Shown piece after piece: positions 11,601-24,600 of a stretch of DNA of 64,000 nt. Position 1 is the stretch's first letter, and each line of letters begins with the position of its first letter. Made by a program: the position numbers and the translations under genes. The notes beneath the pieces are model-generated. The model saw only the letters and a program-made list of their open reading frames with translations. It ran no database searches and was not told where the DNA came from. The stretch is from assembly GCA_964247055.1 (NCBI GenBank), contig OZ176057.1, positions 1,612,001-1,676,000 of the forward strand, read 5' to 3'. This DNA is from Paragordius varius (taxonomy: Eukaryota > Animalia > Nematomorpha).

Positions 11601-14600
11601 AACCAGCTTTATCAAAGTCTGATATAGTAAATAGAATCATATGAAACATATTTTATTGTGCATAAAAAAGGGGGTAACATTTAGCAAAGTATTGATTAGT
11701 CTATCAACAATCAAAAATATAATGGAACCAAATTTTTACGTTTATTTTTTAAAATAATTATATTATTATGCATGCGTTTTGGTTGCTTATTTCACACTAT
11801 AGTTGGGCAATTTGCAACACAGTAGTGTATGGAAAAAAACAACAAAATATGTTGTGTTGCCATTTGACCAATTAAAAGTGTGAAATAGGCAACCATTAAA
11901 ATGCATACTATATATATTTTTTACAGTAAATATTTTATTATGTAACAGCAAAACATGAAAAGTAAAAAAATAAAATAAAGGGACAAACAATGTGTTTTTT
12001 TTATTCATTGATGTATTTTTTACTGTTCGATGTCCTATTTTATATATATAGAGTATGCACATTTATGCTGGCCAATTCATATTATAACTGATTGGAAATA
12101 AAACGTATGTTATAAAATAAATATTTTATTATCCATAATATAAATAAACAATAGCAAAAAATTGCTTAATAATTTCAATATTTTGTTGTTTTTGCTAATT
12201 GACCAACTTAAATGTGGATTGGAATTCATAAATGAAAAAATTATATTCGTTGGCTATGAACAGTATACAGCAATTTTGATGTTACTGGTTTTTTTAATCA
12301 ATTACCTATATCACACTATATATATATATATAGGGCATCTTATCACGTTACAATTCATTTCATATATTTTTTCGACAAAGACTTTACTATAAAATTCGTA
12401 AACTAAAACATATATTTTTATATCTGTACGCATTTTAGCTTAATTTTTTTTAGCAATCAAAAAAGAATTATTTTACATCTATAATATATAATCGGAAAAA
12501 TTAAATCATACTGGGGCGCCAATACGTCCAGGAGCGCCGGGGTTTCCTTTGAGACCCGGTTTTCCAGGAGATCCGTCTAAACCGGGAGCGCCAGGCACAC
12601 CAGGGGGACCTAACTCTCCTGGGCTTCCTGGGGCGCCGGGGAAACCGTCTTTGCACGCTTTGTCGCAATCAGCTAAAAGGCGAATCAAATAAAATACACA
12701 TTTAATATTTGAAGTATTAAACTAAGATTGCTATGTAAGGATTAATTGATTGATTGATTGTTTGAATATTTATTGAAAAGTTTTGGAATTTGAGTAAATT
12801 ATAACCTTATTCTTATTCACAACCGTAAAAACTTATTAGGAACATAGAATTTCAATTTTTTGAAAAAATTGAGATTCTCTTATTTTAGTTATCCTTTTAT
12901 CTACATATTTCCCTGTAGCCTGTTTTGGTATATTTTTATAGTTTACGGTAATGTATATTACAGTAAAAATTGAAATAATCATAAAATGAAAACATACTTA
13001 TACAATTTTTATTCAAAAAACCGTTGTACTTTTTAAACTTATTATTTTAAATACGGTCAGCGTGAAGTGTAAAATGTTCATTACTAGTGTATAGAAAAAA
13101 CAAGGGTAGTATCCTTGCCTAGATTTATTTTAACTTTTGACGTTTTGTCTGTAAAATTTTAATTTTATTGTAAATTACGTATTATGAAATTGGTTTTTAT
13201 ACAGGCATGCTTTCATTATCAAACATCGATTTTTTTATCTGATTTATTAACCAAAGACACCATATTCTTTGATTACTGATTCCCTTTGTGAAATATTTTG
13301 CAAAATTGGCTAATATTATCATATGAAGTTTGGCAGTTCAGAAATCATTATTGTTTTTAAATATATTAATCTTAATTCAAAGAGACTGACTTTACAACAA
13401 CGGTAACCACACACTCATAAGTATTCAGCATCACACCGAAGGTTTCCACAAAACTGGTCGGTTAAAACCCATCCCTCCTAACAACTGTATGTCACAATTT
13501 TTCATTTAGCAAAAACTATTTAGTACCTGCTTGTTGATATCTCCAGGGACTTCGGGGCCTATTGGCTGAAGCTCTTTTTTCGCGGGAATCAGACAAATCA
13601 ACTGATTGGGCTTCGTCTTGAGAGATTTCTCGTTTGCTACGCCCTCTGCTATCTACTTGGGTATTATTTACAGCTAACTGAGCCAACATAAATTCTTGTT
13701 CATCCTCTGCATCCTGTTGCTTCATAACTTCAATCTCATAATTTATGCGGGTTTCGATTTCGTTGAGTTTGAGTGAGCCTTTCGGTTCCTTAGGGAAGTA
13801 AAGTGGATCCTTCCCAGACTACATCCAAACAATAATTATTACAGTAAAAATTGAAATTATACGGACAAAGCATAAAAATGAAAACTTAAAGACAAATATT
13901 TTTTACCAAAAGACAGTTATCAACCATACTAATTCATTACACTTTAATTTATGCTATAAAAAATCGTTTAATACAATTGTAAAATACATAATTGATTGAA
14001 CTATAAAAATATTTTAAAAATTTGTATCATAAAAAATTAAAAACGAATATTTTTACATTTCGCTTCTTGCCATGCCGTTTACATAATTATAAAAATCCCT
14101 AAAGTAAAACACTTAAAAAATTCTAAAACAGCTAAAACAAAGTAATTGATATCTACAATTAACACAATAAATTTTTCCAAATTATAATAAATAGCAATGT
14201 TTATTGAAATTAATTTAAATTTTTTTGAATCATTCACCTATCTTTTTAATTCCCCTGTTTTTATGAAAATTACAAAATTTCCATACCTTTTCATTTAACC
14301 CCCAAAAAATCCATCCTTAAAAGAATTTAAAATAAATTGATATTCAGATCTAAGATTCATTTATTTTTCCCATTTTTTTACGTTTTTTTTTTCAAAAAAA
14401 TATTACCGAAATTGAATTAAACCACTGAAATCCCTACAGAATTAAAATTAATTTTTATTTTTTTTGAAACCTTGATCCGTCCCATTTCCATGTTGAGGAA
14501 TTGGATGGCCGTTTGTTTTTCCATCAATCGCGTTTCCAAATTAATAATCATAGCTCTGTGGTCGACTTTTAAGCCGTTTATACGATAGTACAGGTAGGGT

Positions 14601-14830
14601 AAAACAATACCCCCCACAAAAACTGCAATGAGAAAGCAGACAAATGAGAAAATATTTAAGCCGGCTGGTGAGCTGGTATTTTCTTCAGAGATCTCTTCAT
14701 GTTCAAGAATTTCGGAATTTCTTTTCCCTTTCGTTTGGGAACGTTCCTCAGCCAAAATGGCTTCTTTATCGCTACTAATCATGTTTGAATTATTTTCTTC
14801 TGAGATCACAAACAGAGACGTTTTTTTCAT
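945..14830 (-). CDS. Type II transmembrane collagen with C-terminal short-chain collagen C4 (spongin-like) domain, 12 coding exons, about 898 aa
   Basis: Exons in transcription order: 14830-14471, 13818-13527, 12672-12512, 11509-11384, 10895-10770, 10307-10182, 9732-9607, 9305-8928, 8555-8376, 7017-6762, 5822-5519, 1206-945. All introns are GT-AG and phase-compatible; total 2697 nt with no internal stop. Hydrophobic helix [27 protein letters not shown] and REKR sites, 149 Gly-X-Y triplets, then [11 protein letters not shown]...GGNYLCLP...IYGAQY...CAVC...[14 protein letters not shown]...YICVD...CAVCTR, motifs I recognise from short-chain collagen C4-like proteins. An AG just upstream of the ATG (14834-14835) suggests a further upstream exon. 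Confidence 0.9.
1170..3670 (-). repeat. Tandem repeat array of the collagen exon-12 splice acceptor plus the first ~55 nt of the exon (units ~120-140 bp, with ~250-bp higher-order units)
   Basis: The motif GGGACATCTAAA (sense: TTTAG|ATGTCCC) occurs at the true acceptor (~1200) and again at ~1455, 1705, 1845, 1984, 2123, 2263, 2401, 2870, 3118, 3363 and 3511. Periods are 138-140 bp in the middle and 245-255 bp at the sides. Confidence 0.95.
4880..5345 (-). repeat. Diverged outlying units of the same exon-12 acceptor repeat
   Basis: AACTGGTCATCAAGTAAC...TTGGTCCACCCGTCGGGACATCTAAA at ~5120-5177; degenerate copies at ~4940-4990 and ~5310-5345. Confidence 0.85.
6210..6408. mobile_element. Palindromic MITE-like element (~200 bp)
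   Basis: Long imperfect inverted arms AGCCATGTATTCTTTATTTTATCAAAAA... / ...GATAAAATAAAGGATACATGACT. Related copies at ~26110-26340 and ~33800-34030. Confidence 0.65.
7137..7201 (-). repeat. Exact 65-bp intronic duplicate of the collagen exon-10 acceptor and 5' end
   Basis: Identical to 6959-7023. A third, degenerate copy lies at ~7350-7411. Confidence 0.9.
8600..8652. repeat. (AT)n microsatellite
   Basis: Pure AT dinucleotide run in collagen intron 8. Similar runs at ~15930-15960, 20734-20769, 20860-20890, ~49078-49103 and ~62275-62293. Confidence 0.95.
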
Positions 14831-15928
14831 ACACTGTATGCATAAAAACAGAATTTTTTTATTTTATTTTTTTCAAAAACCGATTGTTAATATAATTCAC
14901 TCTATAAAGAAAGATGTGAACAATATAAAAAACGAAAGAGTGACGTTAACGACTAGAATATGTCAGAGTAATACAAATTTCATTAAATGTTGTATAAGGA
15001 CAATAAGTTTTCAGAAAAAGCTTAGGAATCACATAAATATAGACCAATCATTTTGTGGAGGAATAATATTAATTTTTCCAATGTTAAAGTACATGAAGCT
15101 AAAAAGGTTATTAGGTGACATATTTGCCTAAACAAGTCATGAGGGTCAAATCTTTTGCCTTATAACTTGACCTTTCAAACTATATAAAAAATGCTATACA
15201 GACAAAATGTTATCATAAGACAAATAATTTTTCAAAAGAACTCCGTAGTTTTTTTCAACTAGTTTTTTTAGTAACTTTTTATTTTAAATTGCCAAATATG
15301 AAATTAAGGTTTGAAAAGGTAGGGTTGTCATCTTAAAAAATTATTTGTCTATTAATTTTCAATTTTTGTCTGTATAAATAGAATATTCAAAAATATACAG
15401 AAAATACTAAAATCTAAAGTTTAAGTACCTATCGTTATCGTAAGAATAAATATTTGAGAATATATTCAAAATTTATAGAAAAAAAGTTTGGTAAAAAAAT
15501 CTTTTATCAAAAAAATAAAAATATGCGGATTGTTGAAAAAATTTAGGCTTTATATATTTTTTTGTTCGTAATTAAGGTGAAAAATAATTTGATTTTATTT
15601 TATTCAATGTTTTTATTCCGCATAAAGCTGATGGCATATTAATTAACTAACCCCAAAAATTAATTTATTCTCAAACAATTATCTAACCTTTAACCTAATC
15701 CCCACATTATACTTAAAATAATACTTAAAAATATTAATTTAACGCCCAAATTATCTTTTTAAATCAAGCAAAATATTTTCTACGCCTTATGTGTTATCTT
15801 TTTACATAAGTCAAGAGAATGAAATTATCATTAAATCTGTGCAAAAATTAAAAATCCGCCCATAAAATATCATTTTTTCTAATGATTGAAATATAATTAA
15901 CCTTAAGAGATATATTTTCCATTTATGC

Positions 15929-15960
<32 letters not shown>

Positions 15961-16697
15961 TCGAATAATAAGTTCTATTATTTGATTATAATAATATGTA
16001 ACCCCAGAATTATTTCAATATTAGTTTAAGGTATATTATAGTTTTGAAAATTTTGGAACTGACACTGGTTAAAAAACTTATTTGGATTAATAAAAAAAAT
16101 ATGATATAATTATTTATATACAGTAAAAATTGAAATTATACGAACAAAACGTAAAAATATAAACATTTTTCAATTACTGTCGGCAGTTAAATCTAAGAAA
16201 ATCATTTTTTTCATCATTACAAGTCAAATAAATTGAAATATTTTCCATTCGGCTGAGTTATTATTGACCACTTTAGTTTTTTAAATAGCTAAAAAGGTTT
16301 TTAAAATTTTTTATAAAAAACACTGTTGTGTACTAGCAAAATGTAAAATTTTTTGTAACAGACATATATAAATCCTTTTTTAGTCAATTAAACCTAAATT
16401 ACCAATAAAGGTCCATTACCGCATAATATTCAACGTTTTTGATAATTAAATATTTTTTCTTATTATTTAAATACATAAGATATGATAATTAGATTTTTAA
16501 TAAAGATTTTTATTAAAGTCTACATTTATTCCAACACTCATGATTGTAATTCCAATTTGCATTTTTATACAAAAATAATAATATTTGGTGTATTTTTTAC
16601 ATTTTTTAAATAAAAATTAAAAAATACAGGCAGTGTTAAAAATAATAAATATTTTTAAAAGACAACCCTTTTGTACTTAATTTATCCTACATATAAA

Positions 16698-17042
16698 TAT
16701 ACCATTTACAGTTCAAATTCATTAAACAATTCAAATTCTTGAACAATTCAAATTCACTCTCCAACAATTCAAATCCCTCGAACAATTCAAAATCACCCTA
16801 GAAGAAATTATGTGTTTTTAAGATTAAAAATAACCTATATTTTTTTATATAAAAAAAAATAAAATTACCTGTAAAATATATATAATATTGAAAAAATAAT
16901 AAACTATGCCATAAGAATATATTTTATATTAATGATGAGTTATATTACCCCGAAAACACAAAATTTATTTTTAGCGTGAATTTGAATTGTTCGAGAGTTA
17001 ATTTAAATTGTTCAAGGGTGAATTTGACTTGGAAATGGTATA
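16698..17042. mobile_element. MITE (345 bp) with TATACCATTT/AAATGGTATA ends and ~20-bp subterminal repeats
   Basis: Terminal inverted repeats plus GAACAATTCAAATTCACCCT-like repeats at the left end, mirrored at the right. Other full or partial copies at 23661-23731, ~57045-57125, 59738-59989, ~62086-62275 and ~63353-63620. Confidence 0.8.
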
Positions 17043-20000
17043 CTATCAACATAATTTTTTTAAATTAGAGGTTGCTTAGGTCAAAAGCAGGGATGAAAAG
17101 CCAAAATGGTGCCTAAATTACTCACAATTTGGGGGAACAATGCTTAAAATGATTGAATAAATGATTATTGCTATGAATTGTATAAAAAATTTATATTTAT
17201 TTTTTTGAGCTTTTGTCAAAATCATACACCACTACTTCCGCTTTTGGTGAACATTATTCAAAGAAAGAAATAATTATTAACGTAATATAATAAGTAAATA
17301 TGTAAAGGTTAAATAAGAAAAAAAGTTTTATTTTTTACCGCCTCATTGAAAGTGTTTTGATTCAAATTTGATCGAAATTGCGATATTTTGTAATTACAAG
17401 TGTTTCTCTGAAAATGTTAAATCATAATTAATTAATTTGTTAACATAATTAACACTTTGATTCAATTTAGGGTATCTAAATACCCCAAACTAGATTAAAA
17501 TCAAAATAATTAAATAATTACAAAAGGAAACCGTCCTAATTTAAATTTGTGTTTTTATCCTAATAAAAATTATATAAAAAGCTAAATATCATGTCAAACT
17601 ACTTCGACGCCATTTTTATTTTGCTAAATTTTTGCAAAATATCGTGTTCATTTATTTTTAAAGGTATTATTGAAACTACATTTTATTTAAATCACATCAG
17701 AATTAGAAAAAGTGATTTATTTTATATTAATTTTGAATTCAATGCACACATGTCACGTTGACTAAATTTCAAACTTTGGGTTTTACCTTAAAATAAGTAA
17801 TATCAAGTATTTTTGAATTATGTTTTTATATATTCCGGTTTATTAGTGTCATATAAATGCAATATTTTGCCATGGTTTAGATTCCTTCCATATTTTTTAA
17901 ATTATTTAATTTTATTCAGGCCAGGGTATCCAACTACCCCAAATCGAAATACTAAAAAGAATGTGTTGTATTTGTATCCAAGTGTTAATGACACAACAAA
18001 TATTTAGTTGACGCTCCTTGATAATTGGGGGTATAAAATATCTTTATAAAATTAAATATATATTATCTGATAAATTATTATATCAGTGTTATGGTACTTT
18101 AGGGTTTAAAATATATGTAAATTAAGAACACATTTATTGCTATATTTATGGTAGATGCTTTGTAACATAGAGTTTACGATAAAATTTTTCGATGCTATAT
18201 AAAAAAATGGACTAGTAGTTCCTAAATATTTATGCAAAAATTTCGAGAAGCGTGATAAGAATTACAAGTATATTATATGATAGATTATGAATGAAAAAAT
18301 TATTATGAAAAAATTAAACTAATTTTATGCAAAATTATGTTGAGAGTTATTCGGTTATTTGACGTACATGGAAACGGTATTATATTACATTGCCAACTTT
18401 TAGAGCCATGATAAGATTTTTATTGTACGAAGCTTAAAATACTGGAAAAGAAAATTATTTAAAGGAAATATAATGATTTTGTCATTTGGATTTTGGTGTA
18501 TATTAGTTTTTTCATAAATATAGAATGAGATATTTTTATTAAAATGTTTTATAAGGAGTCATTGAATTAGGGATTTTTTCAATATTTTTAAGTTAAATAA
18601 ATAGGATAGTTAGCATGTATAAATATGGGGTACACGAATTGTAATCAATATTTTATTTTTTTACAATACTCTTTTATGAAATTATTAAATAGTATTAAGT
18701 TTTTTTTGGATTCGAATATGACAAATTGCAATTTTTTCCTATTACCTGTAAGTTCTTCAAAGACCCTCTGAACTATTTATAATCTTAACTCTATATTTTG
18801 TGTTAAGGAAATCCTATAGAATATATTAAAATTTCGTTGACGTGTTTTTTTGTATAAATTCTATTCGGCCTGTGCCACAAGAATGCGATTTTGTAATTTT
18901 GGCTAATAGTAAAAAAATTAAATGGCTTTTTTTCTAGATTGTCATCCTTTATATTTGGTATCTTTATATAGAAGCTTTTAATTGCCAAATATGAATCATG
19001 AATAGAGCACACACCCCTAGAACCAGTTGAAAAATTAAATATTTTATCTCCACCTTCCTTTTTTATAAAACAACCTGGTTCCGGTTCCAATATGATCCAA
19101 TTTGTCGACTTGTATGCGCAAATTTAAGGTCGTCCCAGAACCTTCATACACCCTAGTTTTTACGCCCCAACCTCATTTTGAGAACCACTGCTTTAGATGC
19201 ATGGACCTGCAAAACGGTTTGTTGGATGTTAACCGAGAAAGACTAATATTTGCGAAACAAGGCGAGAAGACTGTAATAATACTACAAACCGATATTGTTT
19301 GAAAGCAACTGGTATCAAATGCTGCGTCAAAAAAATAAGTAGGTATGCGTTGTACAAAAAAAGAAGGTCGGTGCAGTGTCTTTTAGATAATATATGGATT
19401 GTATAGCCATATCAATTTTTTATGTTAATATATATTAAAATGTTCTGTTCCCATTATAAAATAATTAAATTATACTCCAAATCAAATAATTTAATATTAG
19501 TTAACACTTATAGCATTTTGGGGTGGTATAATACACCAGGGCAAGTTAAAACTTTAATAAACTATTTTTAGCATGGGGAATTCAAAAATATACCTTTTTA
19601 GCCTTTCAGGCGCATGATGCATTTTTTGAAATGTAAAATTGTAAAAAATCATCTCAAACTTTTTTGCCGCTTTCTCTTATTTTTTTAAATAGACAAATGC
19701 ACCTTGGCCTGACATATCAAAATATGGATATCACATGACATACATTTAAAAACAAAAATTTTTATGGTTAATTTGAATATTTTTTTTAAAGGATTTACAA
19801 AATAATAGGTATGGTATCTATAGAGCCATGGGGGAAACAGTTAAGAACGCTTTTTTTACATAATATAATCGCTAAACGTTTATTACACCTCGATTCCCAA
19901 TTAAATATATATCGTATTGTATTTTTGGGATAAACACATTTAAAAACTGTTTTTAAATGGTCCAGAATCATATATAATAAACAATTTTTTTAATATATTC

Positions 20001-20726
20001 TAATTTTTTTGTGCAGTATGACATTTTGAAGTAGTTTCCTACCCCAGAATATTAAGTGGTAAACAAACTGTTGTTTTATAAGTTGTTTTGGAAAATATTA
20101 TTAAATTTCTTCTTATGTATCAAATATAAAAACTTAAATATTTTAAACAGTTCCTCGATTTCAAAATCTCAGATACAGCTCCAAAACACGATCCAAACGA
20201 GCTGATATTATTATCATTAAATATCAAAGAATTGTATTTTTTTTTATAGTTAAATTTTTTAACGATGTAAAAAAATAACAAAAAATGGCGACAAAAATTA
20301 AGATGAGGAGTCTAAGAGGGTAACATGAACGGTTCTGGAACCCTTGCTCTGCTAGGAGAACCGGAAAAGTTATAAAATTTTGAGATTTTAAAACATGTTT
20401 TGTTTATTAAGAAACAACTATACGAAATGTAAAGAACAGGAACCGGAACCAGTAAAAATTACCCGTTTTAGAATAAGTTCTATATAGACCAAGTTAATTT
20501 TATGGCTAAGATTTGAGTATTGCTCTCATATATTATAATTTAAACATCTGATAAACTTTATGATGCGTTGGAAAAAACGTTGGGTTTGCTATATAAGATT
20601 TTGCGTTTGCTTAAAAAAATGTTGTCTTTGCATAAAAAAATGTTGCTTTTAATTGAAAAAAAATGTTACGCTTGGTTGAAAAAATGTTGCCTCTGACTGA
20701 AAAGTACATAAATTATAAATAAATGA

Positions 20727-20772
<46 letters not shown>

Positions 20773-20856
20773 CGACCAGATTGGAAAAAGTCCATTAGGC
20801 GTCATACTCTGCACACAAAAATTGGGCAGATAGGCTTTGTTTGAAAAATCTCAATT

Positions 20857-20893
<37 letters not shown>

Positions 20894-21624
20894 TCGGTAC
20901 AGTCGTAATAAAAAGGCTATACTTTCAAAATAAATATACAATCATACTAAATTGAATAACGTATAATATTAAAGAATATCATTTTTGACTAAAATGTTAA
21001 CAATGTTTTACAAAACACACTAAAACACCTAAATTTATAATATAAAGATTGGACTTCTAGTTAATGACATGTCATCATACATGACAAAGAATTAGTTGAA
21101 CACAATACTAAAAAAGGAGAAAGACATTATCACTGTGTGCAAAAAAATTGTTAGAAAATTTTTTTTTTCATAGATAGCTTATGACCAGCGAAATAGTTTG
21201 CCAAAAAAAATTTTAGTTGTTGACGACCTTGTTTTTGAAATATTTAACTGATAAAGGAAATAGCATGGGAAAGAGGCAACTGGAGAGACCTAGTCATTTT
21301 AATTTTCAAGAGGTTAAACTCTTAAGGAATTACCCACCTACCTACCCACCTACTAATAAAAATTAGGGTATAAAATAGAAACTCATAATTACAACTGATG
21401 AATGAGGAGTAATTATGAACTATATGTAATATACTTCAATAAAAAAATAAAAAATAAATGTAAATAATTATTAAAAAGGCTCTGCGGGGATTTTTAAATT
21501 AATGAATGAACCTCCGACTTCATCTAAAACTAATCTTTTAGATACTAGGATACGCCTTAAAGTTTCGAGAATTTTTGCCAAAGCATTTATCATTCCTTTT
21601 CAATCCTTAGTACAACAACAGATA

Positions 21625-24600
21625 AATGTAGTATTTGAAGGTTTGTTTCTATATAAAAAGATACAAAGGGCATCAAAATTATAATATAAAATATTCTGAA
21701 TAAATAAAATCGATAGAGTTTTTTATCCATGTATTGCGTAAAAAAATTTTTCAAATGTGCAGCAAGGGTTTGCAAAATTATTTTTTTGGTATAAGGTGCC
21801 GAATCCTTTCGTTATTCAGCTAAAATATTTATAGCGATATATTGGTGTATGTAATTAAAAACAGCCTTATCATTTTTTGGTTCCATTTCTCTGCCGATTG
21901 GATTTTTTGAATACTTATAGTAGAAAAAATCCCCAAAAAAGCTTTTTAATATTAATTGATTTTAAATTAATTTTTATCGGGAAGACATAAAATATTAACG
22001 CGTTTTCTTCAATCATCGTTTATCCATCTAATAATAAAATATTTGATTAAGAATTATTTTATCTTTTTCAAGATAACGAAAATATTAGCTCTAGTATCAA
22101 TACTTTTATATAGATGTGCGTATTGTATTATATTCTTTATACAGTAAAGAACAGTCACTCTTTATGTCCACTTTTAAAAAATATTAATTTACTCAATTGT
22201 ATAGTTTAATTGGCTTAAATCTTAGTTGTCACGCGCTTATGATATGCAGGTAAGAAACGTATATTGTTGTGAAGTAAATCAACCTTATCACTGCGTAGTG
22301 AATTCGTCTATGGTAAAATCGTTTAAACGATGATTTTTAACAGATACACACCCTTTCTTAATTTTGAATGTTTAAACTACAAAATACTATTAAAAAATCA
22401 ACAAATATAACTAAAATGACCAGTCAAATTAATTAATCTAGAAAAGTAAAACAATGAAATTCATTAATAAAAATTAATCACTCCAATTCAGAGCTATTTA
22501 GATTTAGTCCAAATACTTCTAAATTTTGGATATTAATAGTTTATTAAATATATACAGCATAAAATTTTGATTTACAACACCATACTCATTATTTATTTTT
22601 CGATAAAAACTAAATTAATATAATTTTTAATCTCTTTATTTAAAACGAAACCCATTGGGATTTAGGACCTATCCATAGGTCTAACATATAATTTATAATG
22701 ATTATTAATTAATCCAAGACGATCTCCAGCCGACAAAAGCAAGTTTCTACAAGAATTCGCGCTACAATAGGTCGCATACTGGTATTGATAATGAGCATTA
22801 TACACTATCATTTTAGTACTATGTTGATTTGGTAAGAGATATGATTTAATTTGATCCCAGGTAGTTGCACGATTGTTCCATTCAATATCTGAAACATAAT
22901 AAAAGTATTTCAAATAATATCTAATTAATGTTTTTATGTGTTGTCAATTTTGTTAAAGATACACGAGGGAAACGGTGTGATAATTATGCGTATTAAATAA
23001 TGTTATTACAACAAAGTTTAAATTAAACGGACAAAATGTAAAAATATAAAGACAATTTTTTTTTCAAAAAACAACCATACTTTTTAAATCTTAAATTTGA
23101 TATATAAGCTATTTAATTACAATCGTAAACTTTATATTTATTTGTGTTACCAAACATTTTTATATTATGAAAAAATCAAGATATTAAATGTATGGCTATC
23201 TTAGAAAAAATTATTTGTCTCTATATTTTAATGTTTTGTCCGTATAAAATTAAACTGTATAGTTAAATTTAAGCGCCCGCAATCCCCTATTATTAGCCCA
23301 TGTTTCAAAAAGAAAAAAATTTTTTGATAAGCAAATTACCGAATATTTCATATCTCTCATAATAATTACTTTTATGATGGTGTTTGCATTTTTTCCCCAC
23401 TAATGTGATTTCATGAAGCAAATTTGATTTTTTCAGATAAATTTTGTTGTATTTGGATATTTCTGTTCTGGGGCCACTTACAACCAAAATATTCTTGTCC
23501 ATGTAAATCTCAAATTTTGTCAAATATTCATAAGTAGGTCCTAGGAGCTCAACATCCCTAATATTCCATCTGAGTGTTGTGAAACTAACAACATCTTCAC
23601 ATTCATGGTATTTCCTTACACTTTTGGCTAAATTTGTATTATAAGTTATAATTATTGTTATATACCATTTACAGTTCAAATTCACCCTTGAACAATTCAA
23701 ATTCACCCTCGAACAATTCAAATTGACCCTTATGACATTTTTTAATTATTATTATTGTATTGTTTTGTGTAGCTTTCTGAACTACTGTCAGTCCCAACAT
23801 GGTATTTATAACCAGCGTATAAAAAAACTTTTTCAACTATTATAGTAGATATATTGGTTTAGGTTTTGTTTAATAGTGATAATGTAATTGATGAAATAAG
23901 TAATAAAACACTTACTTAACGTCACAATGGTTCTGTTTGAGTAAGGAACAAAGTTTCCAGTTGATTTGTCCTTTATTTCTATAAAAATAATCATAATATT
24001 AACTTTTTGTTTTTTACAAAATTTTTGATAATGTTTTGATATTATGAAGGGGAAGACAAAAAAACTAACCATTTATTTTTATTCTCCATGGGTGCAATGT
24101 GTCGTTACCGACATTTAATTGCATAAGATTATTGTCCACCACTGTTCGATTGATTCGAATCGAACCGATGCTAGTTTGCAGGATAGTACCATCCTTCTCC
24201 AAAAGAGTGAATCGACACGTTTTGGCTAAATTTGGATCTTCGAATAGATTTGAACAATTTTGTTGATAAATCATTCGTCCATTATAAGTCTTATATTCAC
24301 TTAAAGGGTAACCAACGCGTGTGACAAACTTTAGTGTTTTATTATTTATTGTTACGGACAAAAATCCACTATAATCGAATAAACCCTTCATGACAAAATT
24401 TATTTTGGTATTGTTTGATACTTTAAATGGCACCCGTCTTCCATACTGGGTAAATATTTGAATGCTTGGGGACTTTTGAGAATTTTTGTCAGGTTGCCAA
24501 TAATCAGCCAAATCCAAATTATATTCCTTGATATGATATGTTGTGACCTCTAGTAAATTCGCAAACTCTAGCAAAATAATATTATAACAAGTTAAACGAA

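Noticed and set aside
13390-13500. Possible extra collagen exon between exons 2 and 3
   Set aside because: An AG is present but the required phase hits TAA within eight codons; exons 2 and 3 already join in frame.
14628-15131. 167-aa plus-strand ORF
   Set aside because: Antisense to collagen exon 1, running into AT-rich DNA; no recognisable motif.
17813-18007. ORFs 17813-18007, 27216-27413, 27414-27629
   Set aside because: They lie in a dispersed repeat, and the frames are not conserved between copies.
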